From assembly GCA_964016885.1 (NCBI GenBank), contig OZ024760.1, positions 12,090,001 through 12,154,000 of the forward strand: a DNA stretch of 64,000 nucleotides, given 5' to 3'. Position 1 is the first letter of the stretch, and each line of letters opens with the position of its first letter. A program made the position numbers and the translations under genes. The notes under the pieces are model-generated. The model saw only the letters and a list, made by a program, of their open reading frames with translations, was not told where the DNA came from and made no database searches. The stretch comes from Eledone cirrhosa. Its lineage: Eukaryota. Shown in pieces: positions 1 to 11,817 of this stretch.

Positions 1-170
1 CAAAGTTTTAGATGTGGCTGATTGGTTAGAGAACTGGATTCGCGATTGTGAGGTTGTCAGTTTAATTCCTGGACTGGGCAGTGTGTTATGTCTTTGAGCA
101 ATGATATTGAAAAACCTTTTACAAATGGTCATTATTATTATCATCACCATTTTTGTGAATATATACATAA

Positions 171-210
<40 letters not shown>

Positions 211-255
211 TATTTATATAAATGTATTCATTCATATTAAGGCTAAAAAGTGAGA

Positions 256-303
256 CTTGCTACAGTGGAGTTTCACCTGTTTATCACAGGGTCATCAGGC
301 AAG
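256..303 (-). ncRNA. Type I hammerhead ribozyme (family A)
   Basis: Minus strand: CUUGC-CUGAUGA-C-CCUGU(GAUAA)ACAGG-U-GAAA-C(UCCACU)G-UA-GCAAG. 5-bp stem I, 5-bp stem II, minimal stem III, GUA cleavage triplet. Insert bounded by (TA)n. Confidence 0.8.
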
Positions 304-312
304 AACAGATGG

Positions 313-370
<58 letters not shown>

Positions 371-404
371 AAATGAAGTAATTCCATCAAATACGCCAGG
401 ATTT

Positions 405-465
405 TTTCATTCTGATGATTGAAAGCAAAATTTTTTTGCTTTTAAGAAACCACTGGTAAATGAAA
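405..465 (+). ncRNA. Type I hammerhead ribozyme (family B)
   Basis: UUUCAUU-CUGAUGA-UUGAAAGCAAAA...UUUUGCUUUUAA-GAAA-CC(ACU)GG-UA-AAUGAAA. 7-bp stem I, long stem II. Related copies at 61998-62162. Confidence 0.8.
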
Positions 466-490
466 TAATTGCCTTATGTTGTTTATTACA

Positions 491-546
<56 letters not shown>

Positions 547-904
547 ATCGTTTGGGGTGTTGTTTTCAAGGATGTGTATATTTATATATACTGTATATAT
601 TGTATAGAAAAAGTTGTTACAGTGGTCATGTATGTATAATGAATGGTCAAGCTTTGTTTAATTGTCTCTAATTTTCCCAATTGACAAAATTCTTTTCTGG
701 TTCATCAAATGAAGCATTTATTTGGTGAGACCCTCGTTCCACATGAACATTATTTGAATTGAAGAACTATAATGACCTGGAGGTCAATGTTTATCTTATG
801 AAGCCAACATCAAAAGACATTCCATTCTCAGCATACCATTATTTCCAGCCATTCTACAGAATATCTACCATTATGTAAAAACATTTCTTGTATATAGTTA
901 TAGC

Positions 905-1096
905 CAGGGTGGTGGGTCAGCAGTAATTGGTAGAGCGTCGGACAACATGCTCTGCGGCATAGAGTTACGGCCCTTTACGTTCTGAGTTCAAACCCCGCTG
1001 AGGCTAGCTTTGCCTTTCATCCTTACGGGGGTCGATAAAATAAAGTACCAGTAATGCACTGGGGTAATTGCTGGCCTTGTGCCAAAAGTAGAAACT
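905..1096 (+). mobile_element. tRNA-derived SINE (family S1)
   Basis: A-box-like TGGTAGAGC and B-box GAGTTCAAACC. Conserved body CTTTGCCTTTCATCCTTACGGGGTCGATAAAATAAAGTACCAGT. More than 12 related copies in the window. Confidence 0.85.
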
Positions 1097-1133
1097 ATTC
1101 TATAGTGATGGCTGTTTTCCTTCATCCAACAAG

Positions 1134-1450
1134 CGCCACCACAAACACCACCACCACCACCACCAATACCACTACCACTACCACTACCACCGCCACCAAT
1201 ATCATCACCACCACCACCACCACCAATATCATCCCCCCCATACCACCACCACCGTCACTATACCACCACCACCAACACCAATATCATCATTACCACCACC
1301 ATACCCCCCCATACCACCACCATCACCACCACCACCACCACCATACCACCACCACCACCACCACTATACCACCACCACCAATACCAATATCATCACCACC
1401 ACCATACCACCACCACCACCACCACCATACTACCACCACCACCACTACCT
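1134..1450. repeat. Degenerate (ACC)n microsatellite
   Basis: Direct reading. Confidence 0.9.
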
Positions 1451-1507
1451 CTATTTTCATTGCCCTAAAGGTTATTAAACAATGTTACCATCTATTGTGA
1501 TTTAGAA

Positions 1508-2980
1508 TGTCATCTGTTGTGTAGAACTCAATACCACTATTGTGGTGTCCTGTCTCTATGTCATCTGTTGTGTAGAACTCAATACCACTGTTGTGGTGTC
1601 CTGTCTCTATGTCATCTGTTGTGTAGAACTCAATACCACTATTGTGGTGTCCTGTCTCTATGTCATCTGTTGTGTAGAGCTCAATACCACTGTTGTGGTG
1701 TCCTGTCTCTATGTCATCTGTTGTGTAGAACTCAATACCACTACTGTGGTGTCCTGTCTCTATGTCATCTGTTGTGTAGAACTCAATACCACTGTTGGTG
1801 TCCTGTCTCTATGTCATCTGTTGTGTAGAACTCAATACCACTGTTGTGGTGTCCTGTCTCTATGTCATCTGTTGTGTAGAACTCAATACCACTATTGTGG
1901 TGTCCTGTCTCTATGTCATCTGTTGTGTAGAACTCAATACCACTATTGTGGTGTCCTGTCTCTATGTCATCTGTTGTGTAGAACTCAATACCACTATTGT
2001 GGTGTCCTGTCTCTATGTCATCTGTTGTGTAGAACTCAATACCACTATTGTGGTGTCCTGTCTCTATGTCATCTGGTGTGTAGAACTCAATACCACTACT
2101 GTGGTGTCCTGTCTCTATGTCATCTGTTGTGTAGAACTCAATACCACTATTGTGGTGTCCTGTCTCTATGTCATCTGTTGTGTAGAACTCAATACCACTA
2201 TTGTGGTGTCCTGTCTCTGTCATCTGTTGTGTAGAACTCAATACCACTATTGTGGTGTCCTGTCTCTATGTCATCTGTTGTGTAGAACTCAATACCACTA
2301 TTGTGGTGTCCTGTCTCTATGTCATCTGTTGTGTAGAACTCAATACCACTATTGTGGTGTCCTGTCTCTGTCATCTGTTGTGTAGAACTCAATACCACTA
2401 TTGTGGTGTCCTGTCTCTATGTCATCTGTTGTGTAGAACTCAATACCACTATTGTGGTGTCCTGTCTCTATGTCATCTGTTGTGTAGAACTCAATGCCAC
2501 TATTGTGGTGTCCTCTCTCTATGTCATCTGTTGTGTAGAACTCAATACCACTGTTGTGGTGTCCTGTCTCTATGTCATCTGTTGTGTAGAACTCAATACC
2601 ACTGTTGTGGTGTCCTGTCTCTATGTCATCTGTTGTGTAGAACTCAATACCACTATTGTGGTGTCCTGTCTCTATGTCATCTGTTGTGTAGAACTCAATA
2701 CCACTATTGTGGTGTCCTGTCTCTATGTCATCTGGTGTGTAGAACTCAATACCACTATTGTGGTGTCCTGTCTCTATGTCATCTGTTGTGTAGAACTCAA
2801 TACCACTGTTGTGGTGTCCTGTCTCTATGTCATCTGTTGTGTAGAACTCAATACCACTGTTGTGGTGTCCTGTCTCTATGTCATCTGTTGTGTAGAACTC
2901 AATACCACTATTGTGGTGTCCTGTCTCTATGTCATCTGTTGTGTAGAACTCAATACCACTATTGTGGTGTCCTGTCTATG
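1508..2980. repeat. 51-bp minisatellite, ~29 copies
   Basis: Unit TGTCATCTGTTGTGTAGAACTCAATACCACTATTGTGGTGTCCTGTCTCTA, period 51 (1508 to 1559). A few units carry 2-nt deletions. Confidence 0.95.
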
Positions 2981-3208
2981 TTGAATGGAAAGGAAAGCTG
3001 GTCAAACGTTGTTCTTTTTATCTACTTTTAATGGTTTCAGTCATTTGGCTGCGGTCATGCTGGGGCATTAATTTGCTTTGATGAGATTTAGTGGATTACA
3101 TTGATCCCCCCCCCCCCCAGGTACTATTTATTTGTTCAACTCTGGTTCTTATTCTCTCTCTCTCTCCCTCTTTCTTGCTTTCTCTCTCTCTATCTTTTTA
3201 TGTCACTA

Positions 3209-3243
<35 letters not shown>

Positions 3244-3313
3244 TTCTGTCTCTCTCTATATATCTTTCTTTCTCTCTATCTTTCTGTTTAAAGTGTTCTC
3301 CATTCTCCTTGTC

Positions 3314-3328
3314 ATGTATATATATATG

Positions 3329-3383
<55 letters not shown>

Positions 3384-3436
3384 GTATATATATATACACA
3401 CACACACACACATATATATGTATATATATATATATG

Positions 3437-3470
<34 letters not shown>

Positions 3471-3479
3471 TATATATAC

Positions 3480-3544
<65 letters not shown>

Positions 3545-3615
3545 TATATATATATATACACATATATATATATATATATACACATATATATATATATATA
3601 TACACATATATACAC

Positions 3616-3678
<63 letters not shown>

Positions 3679-3728
3679 CACATATATATATATATACACA
3701 CACATATATATATATACACACATATATA
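3314..3728. repeat. (TA)n/(CA)n compound microsatellite (representative of dozens)
   Basis: Direct reading. Source of the YIYI ORFs. Confidence 0.95.
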
Positions 3729-4163
3729 TGACAGACTTCCATGTACCAAATTTCACTCACAAGGCATTGGTCAAACTGAGGCCGTAGTAGAAGACACTTG
3801 CCCTAGGGACCATACAAAGGGATTGAACCTGGGGCCACATAGTTTAAGAAAAGGAATCCTAAAAGATTGAAAAGTTAAAAATATATTTTGGACAAGATGT
3901 CCTTTAATTAGACAACTTTTTGGCCACATTTGCCTCATTCCTCCTCAGCCTTCTCCTCATAGAATTGGCCATGAGTAAACACTTCCTTCTATTGTGTTGT
4001 AATTGCTCTTAAGTACTCTCCAAGTACATTTGTTGACATTGAGACTGGACTATATATGTATGTATATGTATATGTATATATGTATATGTATATATATGTA
4101 TATGTATATGTATATTTAACGTCCGCATTCCTTGGCATACATATATGTGTATATATGTATACA

Positions 4164-4198
<35 letters not shown>

Positions 4199-4202
4199 GT
4201 GT

Positions 4203-4809
4203 CAGGTCACCAGTTGGTGCTACAGGTAACATGTATCCCAGTACAACCTGTCCCATGGTCGGGTCGTTGGCGACTAAACTGGCAACCCCACCAAGGTTTC
4301 TTGGTGAGGAGGGTGACTTTGGACATCCTGCAGGACTAAAAACAAAACCTGTCAAAGGGCAAAGGAACTCTTAAGAGTCAATGGCCATCCAAAATCACCG
4401 GGAGAGATGACCCCTTAGCCTTTGTCAAGGCAGAATTCTAGGAGAAGGAAAACTCTGATATAACACCTGCAACCCTGATGGTATCCAATGATGTTGACTT
4501 GTTCTTCTTTTTGGTAAATATCATCTTGGTTAAGAGAGTGGGACTGGCTTTGTGCAGTGCCTTTGCTCACTATAAAAGCTTCACAGCACAGGCATTGCTT
4601 TGTATCTGGAGATCTCTCTGCACTTGTCGTCACATGGTATCATGGGCCCAGCACTATGTGACAATAATTGTCACAAGTGTAGTGTTTGTACCAGAGTTTT
4701 CAAGTCACTGGCTGAGACTAAAAAGTCACACTCGTTCAGCGCATCAGTAGGGGTTCTCCTACATGGATATAAAGTAGTGGCCGTACTCGAAAACGAGTTG
4801 GCAGCCACC
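4203..4809 (+). mobile_element. Non-autonomous ~600-bp element with RTE-like ends
   Basis: Near-identical copies on - at 45010-45318 and 54706-55118. The 3' part encodes a decayed CxxC...SHxRSAH zinc-finger-like remnant, as at RTE C-termini. All copies abut TA tracts. Confidence 0.7.
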
Positions 4810-4966
4810 ATATATATGTGTGTATATTATATATATATATACATATATATATATTTATACATATATCCATCACTCTCATGCATCTTTCTTTCACATTTAC
4901 ACACACAACCCTCTCTCTCCTCTTCATCCCCCTCCTGTCACTCCTACAAGTATATATATATATATA

Positions 4967-5070
4967 TAGGAACGAGTAGGACCCCGACGGCAGAGCTCAA
5001 GCCGTTTCGACGGCTAATTCTGGACTCAGAAACGGCTTGAGCTCAGCCGTCGGGGTCCTACTCGTTCCTA
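4967..5070. repeat. 42-bp-arm inverted repeat carrying hammerhead 3' half (family L)
   Basis: Arms 4967-5008 and 5029-5070. Each arm reads GAAA-CGGC(loop)GCCG-UC-GGGG, i.e. stem III plus a GUC triplet. Same family at 14596-14809 and 44915-44968. Confidence 0.8.
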
Positions 5071-5148
5071 TTACCCACTCTACTACCCTAAGTATTGAGT
5101 ACTTTGGTGCGTTATGGTCCACCTGGTTCCTAACCACATTTCCTTCGT

Positions 5149-5193
<45 letters not shown>

Positions 5194-5312
5194 GTGTGTG
5201 TGTATATATATATATGTGTGTGTGTATATATATATGTGTGTATATGTATATATGTAACTGTTTTTGCTACAAAATATTTTAAAACTATTTCCATCTGTAC
5301 TCATGTCACAAC

Positions 5313-5503
5313 TGTTTCTACTTTTTGGCACAAGGCCAGCAATTACCCCAGTACATTACTGGTACATTATTTTATCGACTCCGTAAGGATGAAAGGCAAA
5401 GTTAACCTCGGCAGGATTTGAACTCAGAATGGCAAGGGCCGTAACTCTATGCGTCAAAGCATGGCGTCCGACCCTCTACCGATACTGCCAATTCACCGCC
5501 CTT
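5313..5503 (-). mobile_element. SINE S1 copy
   Basis: Reverse complement of 905-1096 and 36005-36196. Confidence 0.85.
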
Positions 5504-5827
5504 GCCATAACTATACCAAATTGGTGTTTAGTACATTGTAACTCAATAAGCTAAACTTTACAGTGTGTACTGGGAATGTTTTTTTGTGGCACCAGCACTA
5601 CCAGCTTACTGGGTGCTTTTTGTGATGGCACCGGCATCTAACCCTAACCCTTTAGTATTTACATTACGTTGGCGTTAGGAAGGGCATCCAGCCGTAGAAA
5701 ACCAGCCATAAACAGTCCTATATGAGCGAGACACAGTCACCCGACCCAACCCAACTTGCCTCTAAATGGGACCCGTCTAACCCATGCTAGCGTGGAAGAT
5801 AGACATTAATTGATGATGATGATATAT

Positions 5828-6110
5828 ATATACTTTTGTATTTTCATAGTAAAGGTTTTATCCCACATAATATTTACATTACTCTATACATACTATTGTA
5901 TTTTCATGGTAAAGGTTTTATCCCACATAATATTTACATTACTTTATACATACTATTGTATTTTCATGGTAATGGCTTTATTTCACATAATATTTACATT
6001 ACTCTATACATACTATTGTATTTTCATGGTAATGGCTTTATTTCACATAATATTTACATTACTCTATACATACTATTGTATTTTCATAGTAATGGCTTTA
6101 TCTCACATAA
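5828..6110. repeat. 60-bp minisatellite (~5 copies) inside a piggyBac-type MITE
   Basis: Period 60. Unit matches the MITE subterminal sequence ATTTACATTACTCTATA...TTTCACATAAT. Confidence 0.9.
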
Positions 6111-6825
6111 TATTGAATTTATGAAATTTTCGTGTTATTTAATTTAAGAACAATACCTTAACGTCAGTATGAGCAGCCAGTTCTGGCCAGTTTGAACAGA
6201 AAGAAGTGAAAGAATTTGGGCCAGATACAGCCGGTTTAAATGTTAAAGGTTTAAGGAAATGTCCCAGCATAATTTAAGTGAAATGATTTCAAATGACTGA
6301 AACCAGTGAAAAAATATCAAAAAGCAAAATGGCTACCGAAAACTGTACAATATAAAATATATTGAAATATTATATAAAGAGAAAGACATATATAATGTTT
6401 CTAGATTAACTGAACCAAAATGTTATATTGGTTCAGAATTACTAAAGCATTCCTTCTCACTAAATTGTATTTTTTAAATATGTCATTTCTATGTGAATTC
6501 TATTCAATTTTATCCTACATTTCGTTAGAATCCCATACAAAGCTATAGAGACAGGCAAGCTCGCATTCTCTCTCTCTGGTTTGGTTTTGTGGTTTGGTTT
6601 TTATGATTTTTTTTTACTTTTCTTTTATCACTCTCTTCAATAATTCCTCCTTCCACATTCATATAGAATTACTTTCTTCATATTTTGCTCTTTCTCTGTC
6701 CACATACAGCTATAGTAGACATGTAAATATAGACATATATATATACACACATACACATATGTCTATATATATAGACATATAGCTATATATATATAAAGAC
6801 ATATGTATATACACATACAGCTACA

Positions 6826-6880
<55 letters not shown>

Positions 6881-6951
6881 ACATATGTCTATATATATAG
6901 ACATATAGCTATATATATATAAAGACATATGTATATACACATACAGCTACA

Positions 6952-7024
<73 letters not shown>

Positions 7025-7076
7025 ACCTATATATATATATATATATACCTATATTTATATATATATCTATCTATCT

Positions 7077-7255
7077 AAGGCGGGTAAAATTCCCGAGATC
7101 CATGGACGAGTTCTCTCCAGCGGTCTCTGTCCCTCATTATCGCTGCCATATCCTGCGTCTCCAACAGACCAGTGTCTGTCCTTAGGGCATCAACATACGT
7201 TAACCTTGGTCTTCCTCTTCTAGTGTGTCCATGTAGGGGCTCCCAAAGGAGACGT
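7077..7255 (-). mobile_element. RTE-clade LINE 3' fragment
   Basis: Minus translation [28 protein letters not shown]...[11 protein letters not shown], typical of an RTE ORF C-terminus. Confidence 0.8.
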
Positions 7256-7258
7256 ATA

Positions 7259-7293
<35 letters not shown>

Positions 7294-7341
7294 ATATATA
7301 TATATAGGTATACATAAATACTACCATTTACTTGGACAGCC

Positions 7342-7392
7342 AGCTTCCTGATGATTTCTCACGAATGAAACAGTTCTAGTCCTGTAGAAGCT
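7342..7392 (+). ncRNA. Type I hammerhead ribozyme (family C)
   Basis: AGCUUC-CUGAUGA-U-UUC(UCAC)GAA-U-GAAA-CAG(UUCUAGUC)CUG-UA-GAAGCU. All three stems close. ATTAAA lies just downstream. Five copies in the window. Confidence 0.85.
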
Positions 7393-7613
7393 CTTCTATA
7401 TTAAAACTATATATATAGGCTCCCATTATTTCCCCCCCTTCTTCATATCAACTCTGGACTTCTACACTTCTTTCTCTTATCTATTTTTATTAATATTGAT
7501 TCTCAAAACCTATGAATTTTCTCCTCAATATTTACATTAAACCATAATCCTGCTATTTCAAACATTTATTGAACTACATCCATCTCAATTGTTCTTCTCA
7601 TTCTTGTGCTCCT

Positions 7614-8033
7614 TCTTCTTTGCCTTCTTCTTCTTCTTCTTCTTCTTCTTCTTCTTCTTCTTCTTCTTCTTCTTCTTCCTTCTTCTTTGCCTTCGTCTTC
7701 TTCTTCTTCTTCTTCTTCTTCTTCTTCTTCTTTGCCTTCTTCTTTGCCTCCTTCTTCTTCTTCTTCGCCTTCTTCTTCGCCTTCTTCTTCTTTGCCTTCT
7801 TCTTTTCTTCTTCTTCTTCTTCTTCTTCTTCTTCTTCTTCTTCTTCTTCTTTGCCTTCTTCTTCTTTGCCTTCTTCTTCTTTGCCTTCTTTTTCTTCTTC
7901 TTCTTTGCCTTCTTTTTCTTCTTCTTCTTCTTTGCTTTCTTCTTCTTTGCCTTCTTCTTCTTTGCCTTTTTTTTCTTCTTCTTCTTCTTTGCTTTCTTCT
8001 TCTTTTTCTTCTTCTTCTTCTTCTTTGCCTTCT
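7614..8033. repeat. (CTT)n trinucleotide repeat with TTGCC interruptions
   Basis: Direct reading. Confidence 0.95.
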
Positions 8034-8151
8034 TTGGTACACTTGATGGGATTCCTTGTTGGTATATCAGCATATATATACATGTGTATATATATATATA
8101 TATATATACATGTATATATATATATATATATACACACATGTATATATATAT

Positions 8152-8229
<78 letters not shown>

Positions 8230-8321
8230 ATATACATAATATATATATATATTATGTGTGTGCGTGTGTGTGCCTATATAAATATGTGTGGTGGGTGTGT
8301 ATATATGTGTGTTTGTATATA

Positions 8322-8398
8322 CAGGGTGTCTCCAAAAATGTATACACATATTTATGAGAATGCTGTTGAAGTGTGTATACATTTTTTGTGGACATCCT
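8322..8398. mobile_element. Tc1/mariner-type mini MITE
   Basis: TA-CAGGGTGTCTCCAAAAATGTATACAC...GTGTATACATTTTTTGTGGACATCC-TA. Related ends at ~12279 and ~21531. Confidence 0.6.
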
Positions 8399-8495
8399 AT
8401 ATATATATATATATGTATGCGTGTGTGTATGCATATATATGTGTATGATGTTTATATATATATATATACTTATATACATATATATATATACATAC

Positions 8496-8575
<80 letters not shown>

Positions 8576-8704
8576 CAATCGTTTAAGAGATTCTTCCTCT
8601 ACCAGAAATGATATGAATAAAGCAAAGGTCTTCTTAGCCATAAATAAACAAATACTGAAATAGTTGAAGACACAAACTACTACTACTACTACTACTACCA
8701 CCAA

Positions 8705-8745
<41 letters not shown>

Positions 8746-8896
8746 ACACCACTACTACTACTGTTATGTTCAGAAACTGTTTTAAGCAAAGTAAACATTT
8801 CGGAAAATCATTTCAAAATTGTGTTAGTATGTGTGAGTGGTGTGTTAGTGTGTGTGAGTGGTGTGTTCCTGGAAGTTTGTGTTTGTGTTTGGAAGC

Positions 8897-8964
<68 letters not shown>

Positions 8965-11007
8965 CTATGTATGTGTTTATGCTAATCTGTGGTCAGATGA
9001 GAGCAACAACTGTTGTCATAGGAAGGAAGATTAGATGCTCTTCTTCAACATTTTTCACTGTTTACTTAACTATATTATGATGTGCAGGGTGTGGCTGTGT
9101 GGTTAGGGTACTTGGCTGTGTGGTTAGGGGACTTGGCTGTGTGGTTAGGGGACTTGGCTGTGTGGTTAGGGGACTTGGCTCACAAGCGTAAGGTTGTGAG
9201 TTCAAATGAGTTAATTTCATGAGCAGGCTGTTCTGTTGATCGTATCAACTGGAACACTTGTCATAGTAACTGGCGGATGTTATTATTTTAAACGGGGTCG
9301 ATAAAATAAAGTACCAGTAATGCACTGGGTAATTGCTGGCCTTGTGCCAAATGTAGAAACAATTATTATTTTAAAAAGTTTCTATTTGAATTAAAATGTT
9401 CCAACATAATTTTATATAAGAACCATATACTTTGTTACTATCTTAGTAACAAAATAAATTCATAATTTTAGTAAATCCCTAAAGAATTCTTCATTAATTA
9501 ATTGAGATAGTATATTTCATTAGAAATGGTCACAAAAGGGTTAAACTAACATACATAGCCTTGTTTATTTACACCTACTGTCTGATAGATAACACTTAAA
9601 ATGGCAGCCAGGGGAGAGAAGTGGGTGTAGGGATTTGTCAACCTCATTCTGGTGTAATAGTAGCAGAGCTAACTGACATATGGCAGGTGTGAGGTTTAGT
9701 CCCACAGGTGATATTAGCCATTTTTTTTTCACTCTCTTGAGTCCTATCTGCCTAACTTGTTTGTGTTTCAGAGTAGGAAAAAAAAATCCTGTGTTCAAGC
9801 AGTTAACTTCACGCTAACATACATTTAACATTCATAATTCGTTCAACACTTCATAATAATATGGTTATACATATATATATGGTGATATTGGGGTCCTGGT
9901 AAAGATGAGAGAAGCTCAATGCCATCCAGTTTCCTTGATACAGCAGTAATTTGAAATCGGCTGAGGATTTTCCCTCTGTTGTAGACTGTAAGGCTGCAGA
10001 GCTCAAATATATATATCATCATCATCATCATCATCATCGTTTAACGTCCATATTCCACGCTTGCATGGGTTTGGACGGGAGTTTTCCCACTTGAGGCAAG
10101 AGTGGTTGTCTTGCTCGCATAGGACTGTCTGGCGGGTTTTCTACGGCTGGATGCCCTTCCTAACACCAACCACATTTATATATATATATATATATTTAAT
10201 TAGAAAGTGAACAACACAAAATATAACTACTCCATTACCAAAGGTTTCTGGATGCCAGACAATAATAATATACGTCTGGAGCGGTCGTATATATATATAA
10301 AGGCGAATTAGCAGAGTTGTTAAGACGTTGGATAGAATGCTTTACGGTATTCATCCCACCTCGTTGTGTGCTTAGAGTTCAAATCCCGTCGGTGTCAACT
10401 TTACCTTTCATCCTTTCGAGGTCGATAGTAAAGTACCAGTCCTGTACTGGGGTAAATTCTTCTTCTATAGAAAAAATCGGCTGTGTTCAGACTTGGAGAG
10501 GGTTGGACTCCTCCAGGTTTAAAATGCCCTAGACACACTGTATAATGGTGCCTCTACGACTCCACAAGGAGTTATGGCCAGTTATGGCTGGTTTAAATGC
10601 TAAAGGGTTAATAAAGAGAAAGTTAGTTATATTACTAAATTCCCCCAAATTCTTGATTATTGTCAAAATGATTTGAAAATCATCGACAGCATCTTTCTTC
10701 GTCAGAAAGATGGCTACAAAAGAGTTAAAATAGAATTTTGTATCACAGAATCGGGATAGGGTGGGGGTAATAAGCAATGTAGTATGGAAAAGGTTGACTG
10801 ACACCATTAATATGGGTTCTGTGGAGAATCTATTTACAGCAACCATTGAAAATAATGTCATTGGACACTGAGCAAGAGAACAGCCAAAAGTATGAGGAAT
10901 GGTGAATTCTAGAAGGAATATTTATCATTTTTCAGGAAACATCAAAAAAATATATGGTTTCAGCTTCCTTTCTAGACATTGCACTATAGGAATAAGTAGG
11001 ATTTTCC

Positions 11008-11101
<94 letters not shown>

Positions 11102-11314
11102 AAAATAGCAAGATATGATCACCTGATCTGGCCAGCCACATAACATGACAGGCTGTTTAACACATTCAAGGATGGAAAATAAATATTATGTGGTGACGAT
11201 GATATGTATGTATGTATATGTATATATATATATATATATAATGTGTGTGAGTCCTGGGTTTAATCAGGGGTAACCACAGTAAATGAAGTATTCAATACAT
11301 TAGTAGAGTATATG

Positions 11315-11366
11315 GGCTTTCCTGACGATTTCTTTCGAAATAAACAGTTCTAGTCCTGTAGAAGCC
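11315..11366 (+). ncRNA. Hammerhead family C copy, core mutated (GAAA to UAAA)
   Basis: Aligns to 7342-7392. CUGACGA retained. Confidence 0.65.
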
Positions 11367-11373
11367 ATTTCTC

Positions 11374-11434
<61 letters not shown>

Positions 11435-11442
11435 GTAGAGCA

Positions 11443-11586
11443 AATATTTATTATAAGTACAGAGATTAAAGTTTAAGCAAAGAATCTCTGTTTTCACCCT
11501 TTTACGGAATCTTCAGAAAATCCCGTAAAAGGGTGAAAGCAGAGATTCTTTGCTTAAACTTTAATCTGTACTTATAATAAATATTA
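11443..11586. repeat. ~68-bp-arm inverted repeat (family E) next to (TA)n
   Basis: AATATTTATTATAAGTACAGAGATTAAAG...TTTTACGG versus CCGTAAAAGGG...TACTTATAATAAATATT. Single-orientation copies at ~44030-44175 and ~48500-48640. Confidence 0.85.
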
Positions 11587-11629
11587 ATATATGAGAGAGA
11601 GGGGGGTGGGAGTAGGGAGTTGACTGGAC

Positions 11630-11817
11630 ATTATTTAGATTGACAGTATCGGTAGAGGGTCGGACGCCATGCTTTGCAGCATAGAGTTATGGCCCTTTGC
11701 GGTCTGAGTTCAAATCCCGCCGAGGAAAGCTTTGCCTTTCATCCTTACAGGGTCGATAAAATAAAGTACCAGTAATACACTGAGGTAATTGCTGGCCTAG
11801 TGCCAACAGTAGAAACA
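11630..11817 (+). mobile_element. SINE S1 copy
   Basis: A and B boxes, S1 body, (ATT)n tail. Confidence 0.85.

Noticed and set aside
600-890. Unique sequence possibly coding on -
   Set aside because: Stops in the frame examined and no recognisable motif or splice pair.
905-1000. tRNA gene
   Set aside because: The A and B boxes belong to a multi-copy SINE head; no cloverleaf.
1517-3031. Cys-rich ORFs and CRISPR-like appearance
   Set aside because: 51-bp head-to-tail repeat with no unique spacers, no cas genes, and a eukaryotic context.
7566-8448. Poly-K/E/R/S and YIYI ORFs (and similar throughout)
   Set aside because: Translations of microsatellites.
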